Made by a program: the position numbers and the translations under genes | DNA from: a virus | Lineage: Duplodnaviria; Caudoviricetes | Strand: one strand, 5' to 3' | Length of the DNA: 64,000 nucleotides | Virus record (IMG/VR): IMGVR_UViG_3300035698_011757 | Span: 1,481 to 65,480 of that record | Notes under the pieces: model-generated | The model's input: only the letters and a program-made list of their open reading frames with translations | Told to the model about the DNA's origin: nothing | Database searches by the model: none | Part shown: positions 48,275 through 57,776 of the stretch, piece by piece | Layout of the letters: each line of letters opens with the position of its first letter | How positions within the stretch are numbered: the stretch's first letter is position 1

Positions 48275-49462
48275 ATGAAAGCATTCACATCAACAATCGA
48301 ACAGATTTCCTTTGAGACGAGACTTGATCCAAAGAAAATCATCACAGAAAAACATAAAGAACTAGATGGAAACTGGAATCAAATCGATTTTAGAGAATCT
48401 AAAAAAGCACACTTGCATCATGGATTGTTAATTGATGGGAGTTATTTCTCCAAACTACTAAATGAATGCAATACTGTCTTAAAAGAAACAACGGTAAAAT
48501 CATCTGGAACAAGAATAACTCAAAGAATGATTCAAATAAAAGAAGCGGACGATGGCCAGCCATTTTATGTAATCACTTATGAATCTCACCAGACGAAAGA
48601 GGGAATGGAAGAATCAAAGGAAAATCGCAGCTCTAGGAGTGCGGACGACCTTCATTTAAGCAAGGACATTTATTACATCACCTCTGCTTTTTATATCGAA
48701 ACTTTAGAAAGTCAAGCTCAAGAATTCTCAAATGTTGTTTTAAAAAATAAACTAAACGTCAAAGAAGACAAGGAGTGTTCTATTTATACTGTCGACTATA
48801 ACAGGTATGAGGGATATATAAAGGATCGCCAAGTTGTTAAGTGGGGAAATATTAAAATCAATCACAAATTTTACAACAGTGGGTTTGCCGCGTTCGAAGC
48901 TAAAATGGAAACGTTTTTCGATGCCGATCAAGCTCTAACCTTAATTCACGGAATACCAAGAACTGGCAAGACGTATTTTATTAAGAAATACATCTCAAAC
49001 CAACAAAGTAGGAAGTTCTATTACATGAGTAGCGATCTAGTGTCTCAGTTTGGTAAGCCAGAGTTCACTACGTTTTTAAAATCTATCAAAGGTGGATGTT
49101 TAGTAATTGAAGATGCGGAAAAAGCTCTCGCTAAAAGAGAAAACAACCAACTTGGAGACGCTATTAGCAACATACTAAACCTAACTGACGGGATGCTTTC
49201 TGATATTTATGACATTAAGATTATCGCGACATTTAATTGCGATATTGATTACATTGACTCAGCAGCTCTTGGGAAAGGTAGATTGTTTGCTCAGTTTGAG
49301 TTTACAAAATTATCTATAGAAGAAGGAAAGGCGGCGGCTATTGAAATTGGAGTAGATCCAAAAAAAATAACCAAAGAATTATCTTTAGCTGAAGTCTTCT
49401 TGATTGATGAAGAGAAGGATTTTTCTAAAAAGAAAAATAAAACCATAGGATTTGGCGGCTAA
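48275..49462 (+). CDS. AAA+ ATPase
   Basis: HGIPRTGKT, VIEDAE, LNLTDG, ATFN, KGRL; ends TIGFGG. Confidence 0.85.
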   Translation: MKAFTSTIEQISFETRLDPKKIITEKHKELDGNWNQIDFRESKKAHLHHGLLIDGSYFSKLLNECNTVLKETTVKSSGTRITQRMIQIKEADDGQPFYVITYESHQTKEGMEESKENRSSRSADDLHLSKDIYYITSAFYIETLESQAQEFSNVVLKNKLNVKEDKECSIYTVDYNRYEGYIKDRQVVKWGNIKINHKFYNSGFAAFEAKMETFFDADQALTLIHGIPRTGKTYFIKKYISNQQSRKFYYMSSDLVSQFGKPEFTTFLKSIKGGCLVIEDAEKALAKRENNQLGDAISNILNLTDGMLSDIYDIKIIATFNCDIDYIDSAALGKGRLFAQFEFTKLSIEEGKAAAIEIGVDPKKITKELSLAEVFLIDEEKDFSKKKNKTIGFGG

Positions 49463-50181
49463 TGAAAAAAAGGCGCACAAAAATTAATTCCAGAACTTTC
49501 CAAGGATTGTTAAAAAGAGACTCGTCAATACATGATGGTTCATTGAGCCATTCTGGGGAATGCTTTTATGAATATGAATCTTATATTTTAGAAGAGGTAG
49601 ATAACGGAAGAGATGAAATAATAGCTCTAGATAAAAACGGCAACGAAGAGAATTGCTACTATGCAAATAACGCTTTTGTTAAAATGAGTCGCGATGGAAG
49701 TTATATATTTTTCCCAAGTCTCTTTGGCGAATATCCATTAAATCCAAAGACGGCAAATGAAGCTTTAGACTTCTCTTCTCACATAAACGGGTGTTTTGAC
49801 ACTAATAATTTCTTCTCTTTAGATATTTTAAAGGTAATAACGATACAAAACACCGAAAAATTACAAGATAATTTAGGGCGACTCAGACACGACAACGGTT
49901 GCTTGAAAAGTCACACAACATCTCTTCTTCAACACGAAGTGTATAAAAGAGAATCTGAAGACTTTAGGAAAGTTATGCTAAATAATGGCTTTAAAATACA
50001 CGCAAGTGAAGATGGAGTGTCTTTAGAGGTAAATAATGACAGAATAACATTGACAGATGATCAAATATATGACACTATAAGTCTGTTGGAAAGTTTTTTA
50101 AACGGAGATCTAGACAATACAAAAAAAACTAAACATTGCGAATTTATCAAACTACAACAAAAAGGAATCAATCATGAATAA
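49462..50181 (+). CDS. Hypothetical protein
   Basis: 239 aa coupled ORF. Confidence 0.7.
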   Translation: MKKRRTKINSRTFQGLLKRDSSIHDGSLSHSGECFYEYESYILEEVDNGRDEIIALDKNGNEENCYYANNAFVKMSRDGSYIFFPSLFGEYPLNPKTANEALDFSSHINGCFDTNNFFSLDILKVITIQNTEKLQDNLGRLRHDNGCLKSHTTSLLQHEVYKRESEDFRKVMLNNGFKIHASEDGVSLEVNNDRITLTDDQIYDTISLLESFLNGDLDNTKKTKHCEFIKLQQKGINHE

Positions 50182-50674
50182 AAAAATATGCTACATCATG
50201 GTGTCGCCAAGCGGCAGCGGAAAATCAACAGTTGCTAGAAAATTAGTAAACGAGGACAGAATATTTTCCGCCGACTCATACTTTATGGAAGATGGCGTTT
50301 ACAATTTCGACTTCAAAAAATTAGGGTCAAATCACAACAAAAACTTCAAAGCTTTTTGCAAAGCCCTTGAAGACAATAGACCGTTGTGTTGCGACAACAC
50401 CAACCTACGCCAATCCGACATTAACAAATATAGTCGTGCTGCTAAAAAGGCTGGATACCAAATAATCCTAAAAACTGGAGGTCATCCTATTTGGCAAGCT
50501 TATGTAAAATATAAACTTGTAAAATATAAACTTGGGGAAATAGATGAAAATGAGTTGTCGTTCTCAGTAGATGAAGATAAGGTTGTAAAATTCTTGCATG
50601 AAAATAGCGTGCATGGCGTGCCAAGAGACGTAGTCGCTCAAATGGTAAAAAACTTCTGGAAAGTCTGGAAATAA
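50174..50674 (+). CDS. P-loop kinase (AAA_33, polynucleotide kinase-like)
   Basis: SGSGKST, SADSYF, DNTN, HGVP. Confidence 0.85.
   Translation: MNKKICYIMVSPSGSGKSTVARKLVNEDRIFSADSYFMEDGVYNFDFKKLGSNHNKNFKAFCKALEDNRPLCCDNTNLRQSDINKYSRAAKKAGYQIILKTGGHPIWQAYVKYKLVKYKLGEIDENELSFSVDEDKVVKFLHENSVHGVPRDVVAQMVKNFWKVWK
50504..50533 (+). repeat. Exact 15-nt tandem duplication (VKYKL twice)
   Basis: gtaaaatataaactt x2. Confidence 0.85.
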
Positions 50675-50686
50675 TAAAAACAAAAA

Positions 50687-51304
50687 ATGAATAAAATTGA
50701 AAACCTAAAAAAAGCTGGACATAAAGTGTCAGTAGAGCATCATCGCTTCATGGAAGCTAATGTAAATCTAAATGATATGTATTTGTTCTCTGGGGGAAAA
50801 ATGCCAAAGAACTCTGGAATCGTCTTAAAAAACTTGTGCCAAAAACAAGAGGGAGACAAGTGGATCGCGGAAGGGTTATCTAAAGGCTATTTTGCTTTTG
50901 GAGGAATGACTATCGTTAATATTTTCGATGGCGAGCAAATTATCGCTTCTCAAGTGGCAATCTGCCACAGAAAAGATCGTTATGATAAAAAACTTGGCGT
51001 AGAAACGGCGCTGCGAAAAATCTTCAAAGAGAACGATTCCGCTTTATGGATGCAATCTCTAGGCTTGGACGTTTCGTTATTGCCAGAAGGTTGTGATTTT
51101 ATGGGAGTTTTAAAAGACAGACATAATAAGTATCCAAAAGATTTAGTTAGAGACGCTCACGAAACAAAAGTGTCTCAAAAAGATGTTATGTTTGACGAAA
51201 AAGGGGAGTCTTGGGATGTCAAAACAATACTTAAAGAAAAAACTTTTCCATGCGAGTTAATTCAAAAATCAAGCCTAATGTTCTTATCTAGAAAGAAAAG
51301 CTAA
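50687..51304 (+). CDS. Hypothetical phage protein
   Basis: AICHRKDRYDKKLG..AL motif. Confidence 0.7.
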   Translation: MNKIENLKKAGHKVSVEHHRFMEANVNLNDMYLFSGGKMPKNSGIVLKNLCQKQEGDKWIAEGLSKGYFAFGGMTIVNIFDGEQIIASQVAICHRKDRYDKKLGVETALRKIFKENDSALWMQSLGLDVSLLPEGCDFMGVLKDRHNKYPKDLVRDAHETKVSQKDVMFDEKGESWDVKTILKEKTFPCELIQKSSLMFLSRKKS

Positions 51305-51624
51305 TGGGAAACTTTTTTAAATTAATACTCCTACTTCTTGAATTGGTCGTGGCTAAACTAAAGAAGCAGATCGTGTTTTCGAGCACAAAACAACTCAAAG
51401 ACTCCAGAGAGCATTTAATGCTCTGTTATGACAAAGTTCAAAAAGAAAGACTCAACCCAAACTCCGCACTAGACGGCTCAATTAACTTTCATATAAAAAT
51501 GTTAGACCAAGCGATGGAAGAGCATAACATCTTAACCGCTGACGCAAAGTCACAAAGAGTAGAAAAAGAAAGAATCGAAAAGGAAAAACTCGAACTAGAA
51601 AAACAAAATGAAGAACTTAATTAA
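51304..51624 (+). CDS. Possible i-spanin
   Basis: Hydrophobic N-terminus, coiled-coil body, overlaps a lipoprotein gene. Confidence 0.4.
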   Translation: MGNFFKLILLLLELVVAKLKKQIVFSSTKQLKDSREHLMLCYDKVQKERLNPNSALDGSINFHIKMLDQAMEEHNILTADAKSQRVEKERIEKEKLELEKQNEELN

Positions 51625-51862
51625 ATTACTATCACTAACAATCTTTTGCTTTGCTGTCGTCTCATGCGTAATCGGCAAAGGCAAGGAAATACCTCAAGAG
51701 GTAATCAATATGCACTACGGTAAGAAGTTTATCAAAGTTCCTAAAGGAACTCCGATACAGACAACTGAAGGTAAAGTCATGTTTGATCACGAAACCATTT
51801 GGTGGGCTGAGTGGACACGACAAGACTGGATAACGGAACAGATAAAGAAAGTTGGCAAATAA
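51608..51862 (+). CDS. Lipoprotein, possible o-spanin
   Basis: Signal peptide with lipobox AVVS-C. Confidence 0.55.
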   Translation: MKNLIKLLSLTIFCFAVVSCVIGKGKEIPQEVINMHYGKKFIKVPKGTPIQTTEGKVMFDHETIWWAEWTRQDWITEQIKKVGK

Positions 51863-51953
51863 TGACAGTAAGCCTGTATATTTTTTTGATTTTTTCTTTT
51901 TGGTCATCCGATTTTAGGAATAATATTCTTGGTAATAGCCTTGAGCGAATAAC

Positions 51954-52406
51954 ATGAAAGCTACAAATAAAATTGTCGACAAGATCGAGGCGGAAAATTG
52001 CTTGACAAAAAAATCTATAATGGATCTTGTTTTTTGCGAGCAGGTCGAGATTGAGTGCTACGCCTTAAAAGTGTGTGATGTTCAGCTCTTATGTTTAATA
52101 GCTGAATTTGCCAATACAACTGGAAACGTTCCAGCCCCAAAACTCCTATTGGCATTCTTAAAAGGTCTTCATGAGTCATCGAATAAAAAAAATAAGTTTA
52201 ACATATTTGAAATATGCGAATCTTTGGAGAAAAAAATAAATTTTATTAACGCTTGCGAAACGGTAACAAAGTTAAATGATACTTTTTTATCAGAGTATTC
52301 TATACCATGCTTGAAGCTAGTTAAATGTGTAGCTAACGCAAAAAAAATAAAAAAGAACTTGACAAAAAAAGAAATAAATGTTAAGTTGCGTGCAGATGAA
52401 ACATAA
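51954..52406 (+). CDS. Hypothetical protein
   Basis: 150 aa ORF. Confidence 0.6.
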   Translation: MKATNKIVDKIEAENCLTKKSIMDLVFCEQVEIECYALKVCDVQLLCLIAEFANTTGNVPAPKLLLAFLKGLHESSNKKNKFNIFEICESLEKKINFINACETVTKLNDTFLSEYSIPCLKLVKCVANAKKIKKNLTKKEINVKLRADET

Positions 52407-53955
52407 AGCACATACTTACGAATATAAAGACCTTATAGCTCTCCTAGAGGAAGAGGTGTCTAAAGGTTATATTGATAAGATTCAATCCGAAGAATTTCCA
52501 GATTTATTTATTTACAACTATACAAGAAAGTGTATGACTGAAAATTACTGGAATGACGCTGTATGTATGGCAAGAGGAATCGTTCTAGATTTAAAAAATA
52601 AATCTATCGTAGCTACGCCATTTTTTAAGTTTCACAACCTATCAGAAGGTAAAGTCAAAATCTCAAGCAAAGACTCTTTCGAGGTTTACGAAAAAATGGA
52701 TGGGTGTTTTCCGCACAATGCAACTTTAAACTTGTGGGATGGAGGAACTGTAAAAATAGCAGATGTAGTAAAAGGAAAATTGTCCCCCACTCTAATCGGA
52801 ATGAATAAAGATGGAAAATTAATTCCCTCTAAAGTTGTTGGGTGGCACGATAATGGAACAAAAGATAACTGGGTTTCTGTAGCTTTGGATTGTCATGTTA
52901 GCGAAAAAACAGGAACGGGAGCCTCATCTAATAAAATGAGAGTAACCACAAATCATGAAGTTTTTGTAAACGGTTCTTGGAAAATAATTGCAGATGTTAA
53001 AGTGGGTGATTTAATGGTCAATTTTGAATCAACAGCATGCGAATACACTAAAAAAAGAATATATGACATGCTACTTGGAGACGGAAGCATGTGCAAATCC
53101 CATAATTCGTTTAGCTTTTCAAATTCATGCAAATTATCACACGAACCATTCTTAGATATTAGAAATAAATGTTTGGGTGATTTATTTTTAGATAAAGATT
53201 ACCAAATATCTGGATATGGATCAAAAATGGCAAGATCAAGATTCAAAAAGTTAAAAAGTTTTAAGAAAATACATGAAGAATGGTATCCAAAAGGGATAAA
53301 AGTTATACCTAAAGATTTGTCATGGGTGGATGATTTAACAGTAGCAACTTTGTATATGGAAGATGGATCTTTAAGTTGTTCTAAAAAACAAAATGACAGG
53401 GCTGTATTTCACACCAATGCTTTTGAAAAAGCTGACGTTGTTAGGTTTGCTAAAAAATTGGAAAAAATGTATAAAGTATCAACAACTGTTTTTGAAAGCA
53501 AAGGCTGGTCTATCAGAGTCAACTTTAATCGGGGAACTTTAAACTTTATGTGGAAGTCTATTAGGTGCTATTTTCCAGAATGTATGCAATATAAATTACC
53601 AAAAGAGCATAGAGGATTTTTTGATAAAAAATTATACTCTAAGTCGGGAAATATATCGAAAACAAAAAAACTTGTCAAAATATTATCAATAACAAAGTTG
53701 GACAACAATAAAAAAACATTCCCTAATGGTCGTCGCGGGTTTGACATCTCTACAGAAACTGAGAATTATTTTTGCAAAGGCGTTTTGGTTCACAATAGCT
53801 TAGGTGTAATTTATCACTACAAAGACGAATGGAGAGTAAATACTAGAGGAAGTTTTTCTTCTGATCAAGCTATTTGGGCGAAAAACTTACTAGATAAGTG
53901 TGACGTTTCTAATTTAACCATTGGAAATACTTATTTGGTAGAGATAATTTATTAA
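52396..53955 (+). CDS. T4 Rnl1-like RNA ligase, N-part, with intein
   Basis: IYNY, ARGIV, PFFKFHN, EKMDG|intein|SLG, TRGSF.SDQ, VEIIY stop. Confidence 0.88.
   Translation: MKHKAHTYEYKDLIALLEEEVSKGYIDKIQSEEFPDLFIYNYTRKCMTENYWNDAVCMARGIVLDLKNKSIVATPFFKFHNLSEGKVKISSKDSFEVYEKMDGCFPHNATLNLWDGGTVKIADVVKGKLSPTLIGMNKDGKLIPSKVVGWHDNGTKDNWVSVALDCHVSEKTGTGASSNKMRVTTNHEVFVNGSWKIIADVKVGDLMVNFESTACEYTKKRIYDMLLGDGSMCKSHNSFSFSNSCKLSHEPFLDIRNKCLGDLFLDKDYQISGYGSKMARSRFKKLKSFKKIHEEWYPKGIKVIPKDLSWVDDLTVATLYMEDGSLSCSKKQNDRAVFHTNAFEKADVVRFAKKLEKMYKVSTTVFESKGWSIRVNFNRGTLNFMWKSIRCYFPECMQYKLPKEHRGFFDKKLYSKSGNISKTKKLVKILSITKLDNNKKTFPNGRRGFDISTETENYFCKGVLVHNSLGVIYHYKDEWRVNTRGSFSSDQAIWAKNLLDKCDVSNLTIGNTYLVEIIY
52705..53796 (+). 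mobile_element. Intein with LAGLIDADG endonuclease in ligase motif I
   Basis: CFPHNA..TTNHEV..MLLGDGS..LYMEDGS..FDISTETENYF..VHN|S. Confidence 0.92.
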
Positions 53956-53957
53956 AA

Positions 53958-54620
53958 ATGAAAAATAAAGGAAAAAATAGAATCGTTGTTTCTTACGAGG
54001 ATGAGTTTCTAGGCGTTATTGGCGGATTTGCTAGCAACGGCGAAGAACTCGACCTTAAAGAGGCTCACAGCCACTTTGGAGAGCAAAAACACGTAAAGGT
54101 TGCGAAGACATACTCTGGGAAAACAATCAACGACTTAATTTATCTTGCTGAGAACGAATTAGACATGAATGACGAAGGTTATGTTGTCAAATTTAACGAC
54201 GGCGAGCGAGTAAAGATCAAGAGCGCGGCTTATGTCGCTATGCACAAAGTTTTATCCCACTTCTCAAAACGAGCTGTGTATGACTTTTTTGCTGAACATC
54301 CATCAACGAATCCATTCACGGACGAATGTTTTGCAAACTTACCAGAGGAATTTTATGTAGAGTTTTGCTCATTCTATTCAGAAGTATCTACTTTGTTTAA
54401 CATTTGGATAGCTGAAGGAATTAAATTCACAAAACAGAATATTAATCTTGACAATAAGCAAATCGGCATTATGATGAAGGAAGGTAAAGTTAGTAAAAGA
54501 ATCGCAACAACGTTCTTTTCCATCAGAAACAGAAAAATCAGTGGTCTTTTCGAGAACACTACAGAAAGAAAGAGTATTGTAAAACAAATTTATGAAGAAA
54601 CATCAAGTTCTAAAGCTTAA
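53958..54620 (+). CDS. Rnl1-like RNA ligase, C-part
   Basis: NRIVVSY, EGYVV (motif IV), RVKIK..Y..H (motif V), LPEEF. Confidence 0.85.
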   Translation: MKNKGKNRIVVSYEDEFLGVIGGFASNGEELDLKEAHSHFGEQKHVKVAKTYSGKTINDLIYLAENELDMNDEGYVVKFNDGERVKIKSAAYVAMHKVLSHFSKRAVYDFFAEHPSTNPFTDECFANLPEEFYVEFCSFYSEVSTLFNIWIAEGIKFTKQNINLDNKQIGIMMKEGKVSKRIATTFFSIRNRKISGLFENTTERKSIVKQIYEETSSSKA

Positions 54621-54774
54621 TAAAGCATACTTTCCAGTTTGTGTGCAGGATTGGCAATCAGTAATGATTAATGTCTTTTCTGGCGCTGCAAAACCCATCC
54701 GAACAAGAATCTGTGCGGACGTAAGATTAAACACGATCAAACGCCCATTACCCTATTTTCGTATGGACAACTAG
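54592..54774 (+). pseudogene. Truncated HNH-type gene remnant
   Basis: VLKLNKAYFPV N-terminus typical of a phage HNH family; no nuclease core. Confidence 0.45.
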
Positions 54775-54925
54775 AGAGGACTTCGGCAGCATGATGGGTG
54801 ACGCAGACATCACCCATTTTAAAGAGATACCAAAAAAAGAATTAAAAAAGAAAAGACTAAAAACTTGGATAAGGGGTTTTAGTTTAGGTTTAAATTCTCA
54901 TCCAAATAAATATTTATAAAAAATC

Positions 54926-55378
54926 ATGGAACACAAATCATTCAGAAAAATCGGTCAATTCAAAGATGCGATCAGAGATATTCGCCTACGCGCTCAATAC
55001 GCTGGTCTAGACGAAAATGGAGACGCTATTTACGACGAAAGCAAAGACTTGCCTTCAGTAACCTTTGTTGGAACTGTGAAATTGCATGGCTGCGTATCTG
55101 AGGATACTTCAGTCACAATGTCTGATGGAAGTCAAATTCCAATTTCACATCTTAGGGTTGGAGATTCAATACTAAGTTACGACACTAAAAATCAAAAAGA
55201 AGAATTTGATATAATAACCAACGTTCTGTCTGACGACTTGGATAAAGATTGGTTAAGATTGACATTTGAAAACGGAGTAATTTTAGAATGCACGGGATGC
55301 CATCCTATTTTTACTAAGAATAAAGGTTACGTCAAAGCTGTAGAATTAACTAATGACGACGAATTAGTTTTGTTTTAA
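54926..55378 (+). CDS. Rnl2-like RNA ligase part 1 with N-terminal split intein half (55091-55378)
   Basis: FRKIGQF..GTVKLHG|CVSEDT..CTGCHPIFT..GYVKA. Confidence 0.88.
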   Translation: MEHKSFRKIGQFKDAIRDIRLRAQYAGLDENGDAIYDESKDLPSVTFVGTVKLHGCVSEDTSVTMSDGSQIPISHLRVGDSILSYDTKNQKEEFDIITNVLSDDLDKDWLRLTFENGVILECTGCHPIFTKNKGYVKAVELTNDDELVLF

Positions 55379-55413
55379 GTCCACGCCACCATTAGATCCG
55401 TGTAAATATCATC

Positions 55414-55590
55414 ATGGAACCAATAATAGAATATAAAAAACAAGTCACAAAAGCAAACGAAGGTCTTCAAAAAAAATTAAAAGATATTGCTAGAAAAAAA
55501 CATTGACAAAAATGGGATATTCTGTCATAGTTGTGTGGGATTCAGATTGGGAGGTTAATAAGAAAAAATACATAAAAAGAATAGAAGGTG
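55414..55590 (+). pseudogene. Remnant of Vsr/DUF559-like endonuclease between intein halves
   Basis: GTGTAA-N8-ATG at 55400-55416; broken frames; KMGYSVIVVWDSDW tail. Confidence 0.65.
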
Positions 55591-56997
55591 AAATTATTAA
55601 AAAAAGAAAAAATCAATCGTAAAAAATGCTGGGACATTACTGTTCAAAAAAATAGTAATTTTTATGCGAATGGAGTTTTAGTTCACAATTCTAACGCTGG
55701 TCTACTATACGATCATGCGACACAAGAAATCGTCCCTCAGAGCAGGAATAACATTCTTAGTGGAGATGCAGGTCACATGGGATTTGTAGAACACGTAAAG
55801 GAACACAAAGAATTCTACAAAGAAAAACTTGCAGAAGTTTGCGAGAAAGCCGAAATCAATACCGTCTGCGTGTTTGGTGAATGGTGTGGTTGTTTTGAGT
55901 ATTCTACTCCTATTTTACTATCCGACGGAACGACAAAATCTATAGGAAGTATTGTGAAAAATAGAGAACCTGTCGAGGTGATGTCTTATAATTTAGAGAA
56001 TCAAAAATTAGAACCTAAAAAAATAACGAATTGGTTTAATAATGGGACAACTAACGACTGGTTAAGAATAGAATATAAAAAAAGAGGGCGAGGTGGTCGT
56101 AGTTGCCAATTAAGAGTAACCCCAAACCATAAAGTTTTTACAAAAAAAGAAGGAAAATTAGTAGAAGTGAAGGCTTCAGATTTAAAAGTCGGAGACTGCG
56201 TATTTACCTGCGGGGATGTTTTAAAAACGAACCATATAGATTTCATAAGAGGTTTTATTTTGGGATATGAATTAGGCGAGGGCAAAGAATCTAGTGTTAA
56301 GTTTTCAAACAAATTAAACCAAAAATCTTTAGCCTCTTGGCATATGGATTATGGGAATATTATAAAATCAAGAGGGGGACAATATCAGTGCGAATTAAAT
56401 ACCCAAGGTTGGGATGAGCAATCAATACTAGAAACTGAAGTTACAAAAATACAAAAATTTACACCCAAAGAAAACCATAAAAAAGTAAAATACGACATAC
56501 AAGTAGATGGAAATTCAAATTACTTTGCTAATAGAATGCTTGTTCATGACTCTGGCGTGCAGAAAAAAGTAGCTATCTCAGAGTTATCAAAGAGGCTTGT
56601 TATTTTTGAAGCGTGGAGCTTGGAGAAAGATGGTTATATTGATTCTGAATTCCTAGACAACTTTAGGGATCACAGTAAAAGGTGTTACAATATTCGCGAT
56701 TACAAACAGTTCTCTGTAGAGATCGACACAAGATACCCAGAGCTATCTGTTGAAAAATTGAACGACATTATCGACGAAGTTGAAAAGGTTTGCCCAGTTT
56801 CAAAAGCGATGCTTTTGGAGGAAAATCCAGAAAAATGCGTAGATAGAGAAGATTACCTTGGAGAAGGCGTTGTTTTTAAAGCGAGCTTTATTAATTTAAG
56901 TAAAGAAGATTTGTTAAGTTGCGACTCTATAAGCGAAAATGCAAAATCTTTTATTGAGAAAAACTTTAAAAAGGGAAACAATAGGCTATCATTCTAA
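55588..56997 (+). CDS. Rnl2-like RNA ligase part 2: C-terminal split intein half (55588-55689), second intein, motifs III-IV
   Basis: CWDITV..NFYANGVLVHN|SNAG..QSRN..FGEWCG|intein|SGVQK..GEGVVFK. Confidence 0.88.
   Translation: MKLLKKEKINRKKCWDITVQKNSNFYANGVLVHNSNAGLLYDHATQEIVPQSRNNILSGDAGHMGFVEHVKEHKEFYKEKLAEVCEKAEINTVCVFGEWCGCFEYSTPILLSDGTTKSIGSIVKNREPVEVMSYNLENQKLEPKKITNWFNNGTTNDWLRIEYKKRGRGGRSCQLRVTPNHKVFTKKEGKLVEVKASDLKVGDCVFTCGDVLKTNHIDFIRGFILGYELGEGKESSVKFSNKLNQKSLASWHMDYGNIIKSRGGQYQCELNTQGWDEQSILETEVTKIQKFTPKENHKKVKYDIQVDGNSNYFANRMLVHDSGVQKKVAISELSKRLVIFEAWSLEKDGYIDSEFLDNFRDHSKRCYNIRDYKQFSVEIDTRYPELSVEKLNDIIDEVEKVCPVSKAMLLEENPEKCVDREDYLGEGVVFKASFINLSKEDLLSCDSISENAKSFIEKNFKKGNNRLSF
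55891..56550 (+). mobile_element. Intein with deleted endonuclease, ending His-Asp
   Basis: CFEYST..VTPNHKV..KYDIQVDGNSNYFANRMLVHD|S. Confidence 0.88.
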
Positions 56998-57042
56998 ACA
57001 TGCTTTTTCCCTTTGGGTTTGTTGTGTGTAAAAGTAATCAGA

Positions 57043-57776
57043 ATGAAATATAAAGTGTACAAAATCACAAACAAAATAAATGGAAAAATATATATTGGCA
57101 AAACAAAAAACAGTCTGGAGCAAAGATTTTCAGAACACAAATCAAAATCTAAATTAGACTCAAAAACTTATTTAAGCAGGGCTATTAAAAAACATGGTGA
57201 CGAAAATTTCAAAATAGAATCATTAAGCTTTCACTCAAAAGAGAAAGAGAGTCTTGATGCAGAAATCCTGTATATAAAAAAGTTCAACTCTAACGATAAG
57301 AAGCTGGGTTACAATTTAACAAGGGGTGGGGAAGGGGTTTCTGGATGGAGTCCTACACAAGAGACTAAAGATAAAATATCAAAATCACTTAATAGAATTT
57401 TACCTAGTGGAAAAACAGTAGCTCAAGAAGCTTACAAAAAAAGAAACGAGACGTTAAAAAATAAAGATCTAGACTTTTTAAAAAACATCGGAAAGAAAAG
57501 TTCAGAAACTCAAATTAAAAACGAAAAAAGCAAAGGGGTAATAATGCTAACGCAAAAAAAGCGTCGCTATTCGACAGTTTTGGAAATCTACTTTTCGAAG
57601 CTGAATGTGGAGAGGATTTAATAGCTTTTTGCTTAGAAAATTCAATTCCAGAAAGGGTCATTAAGCAGTCATTAATGAGGGGTGGAACTCCAATATACAC
57701 AAGTAAAAATACACCAAAAAAATTAAAAGAAAGTAAATTCGCAGGATATTATGCAAAATATAAGAATAAACAATAG
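57043..57776 (+). pseudogene. GIY-YIG homing endonuclease with a frameshift near 57537
   Basis: VYKITNKINGKIYIG..RFSEH..E..GYNLTRGGEG; C-terminal part continues in another frame (GNNANAKK..FAGYYAKY) to 57776. Confidence 0.82.

Noticed and set aside
56990-57050. Group I intron around the GIY-YIG gene
   Set aside because: Flanks are too short and no P7-like core motifs were recognised; an Infernal search would be needed to exclude it fully
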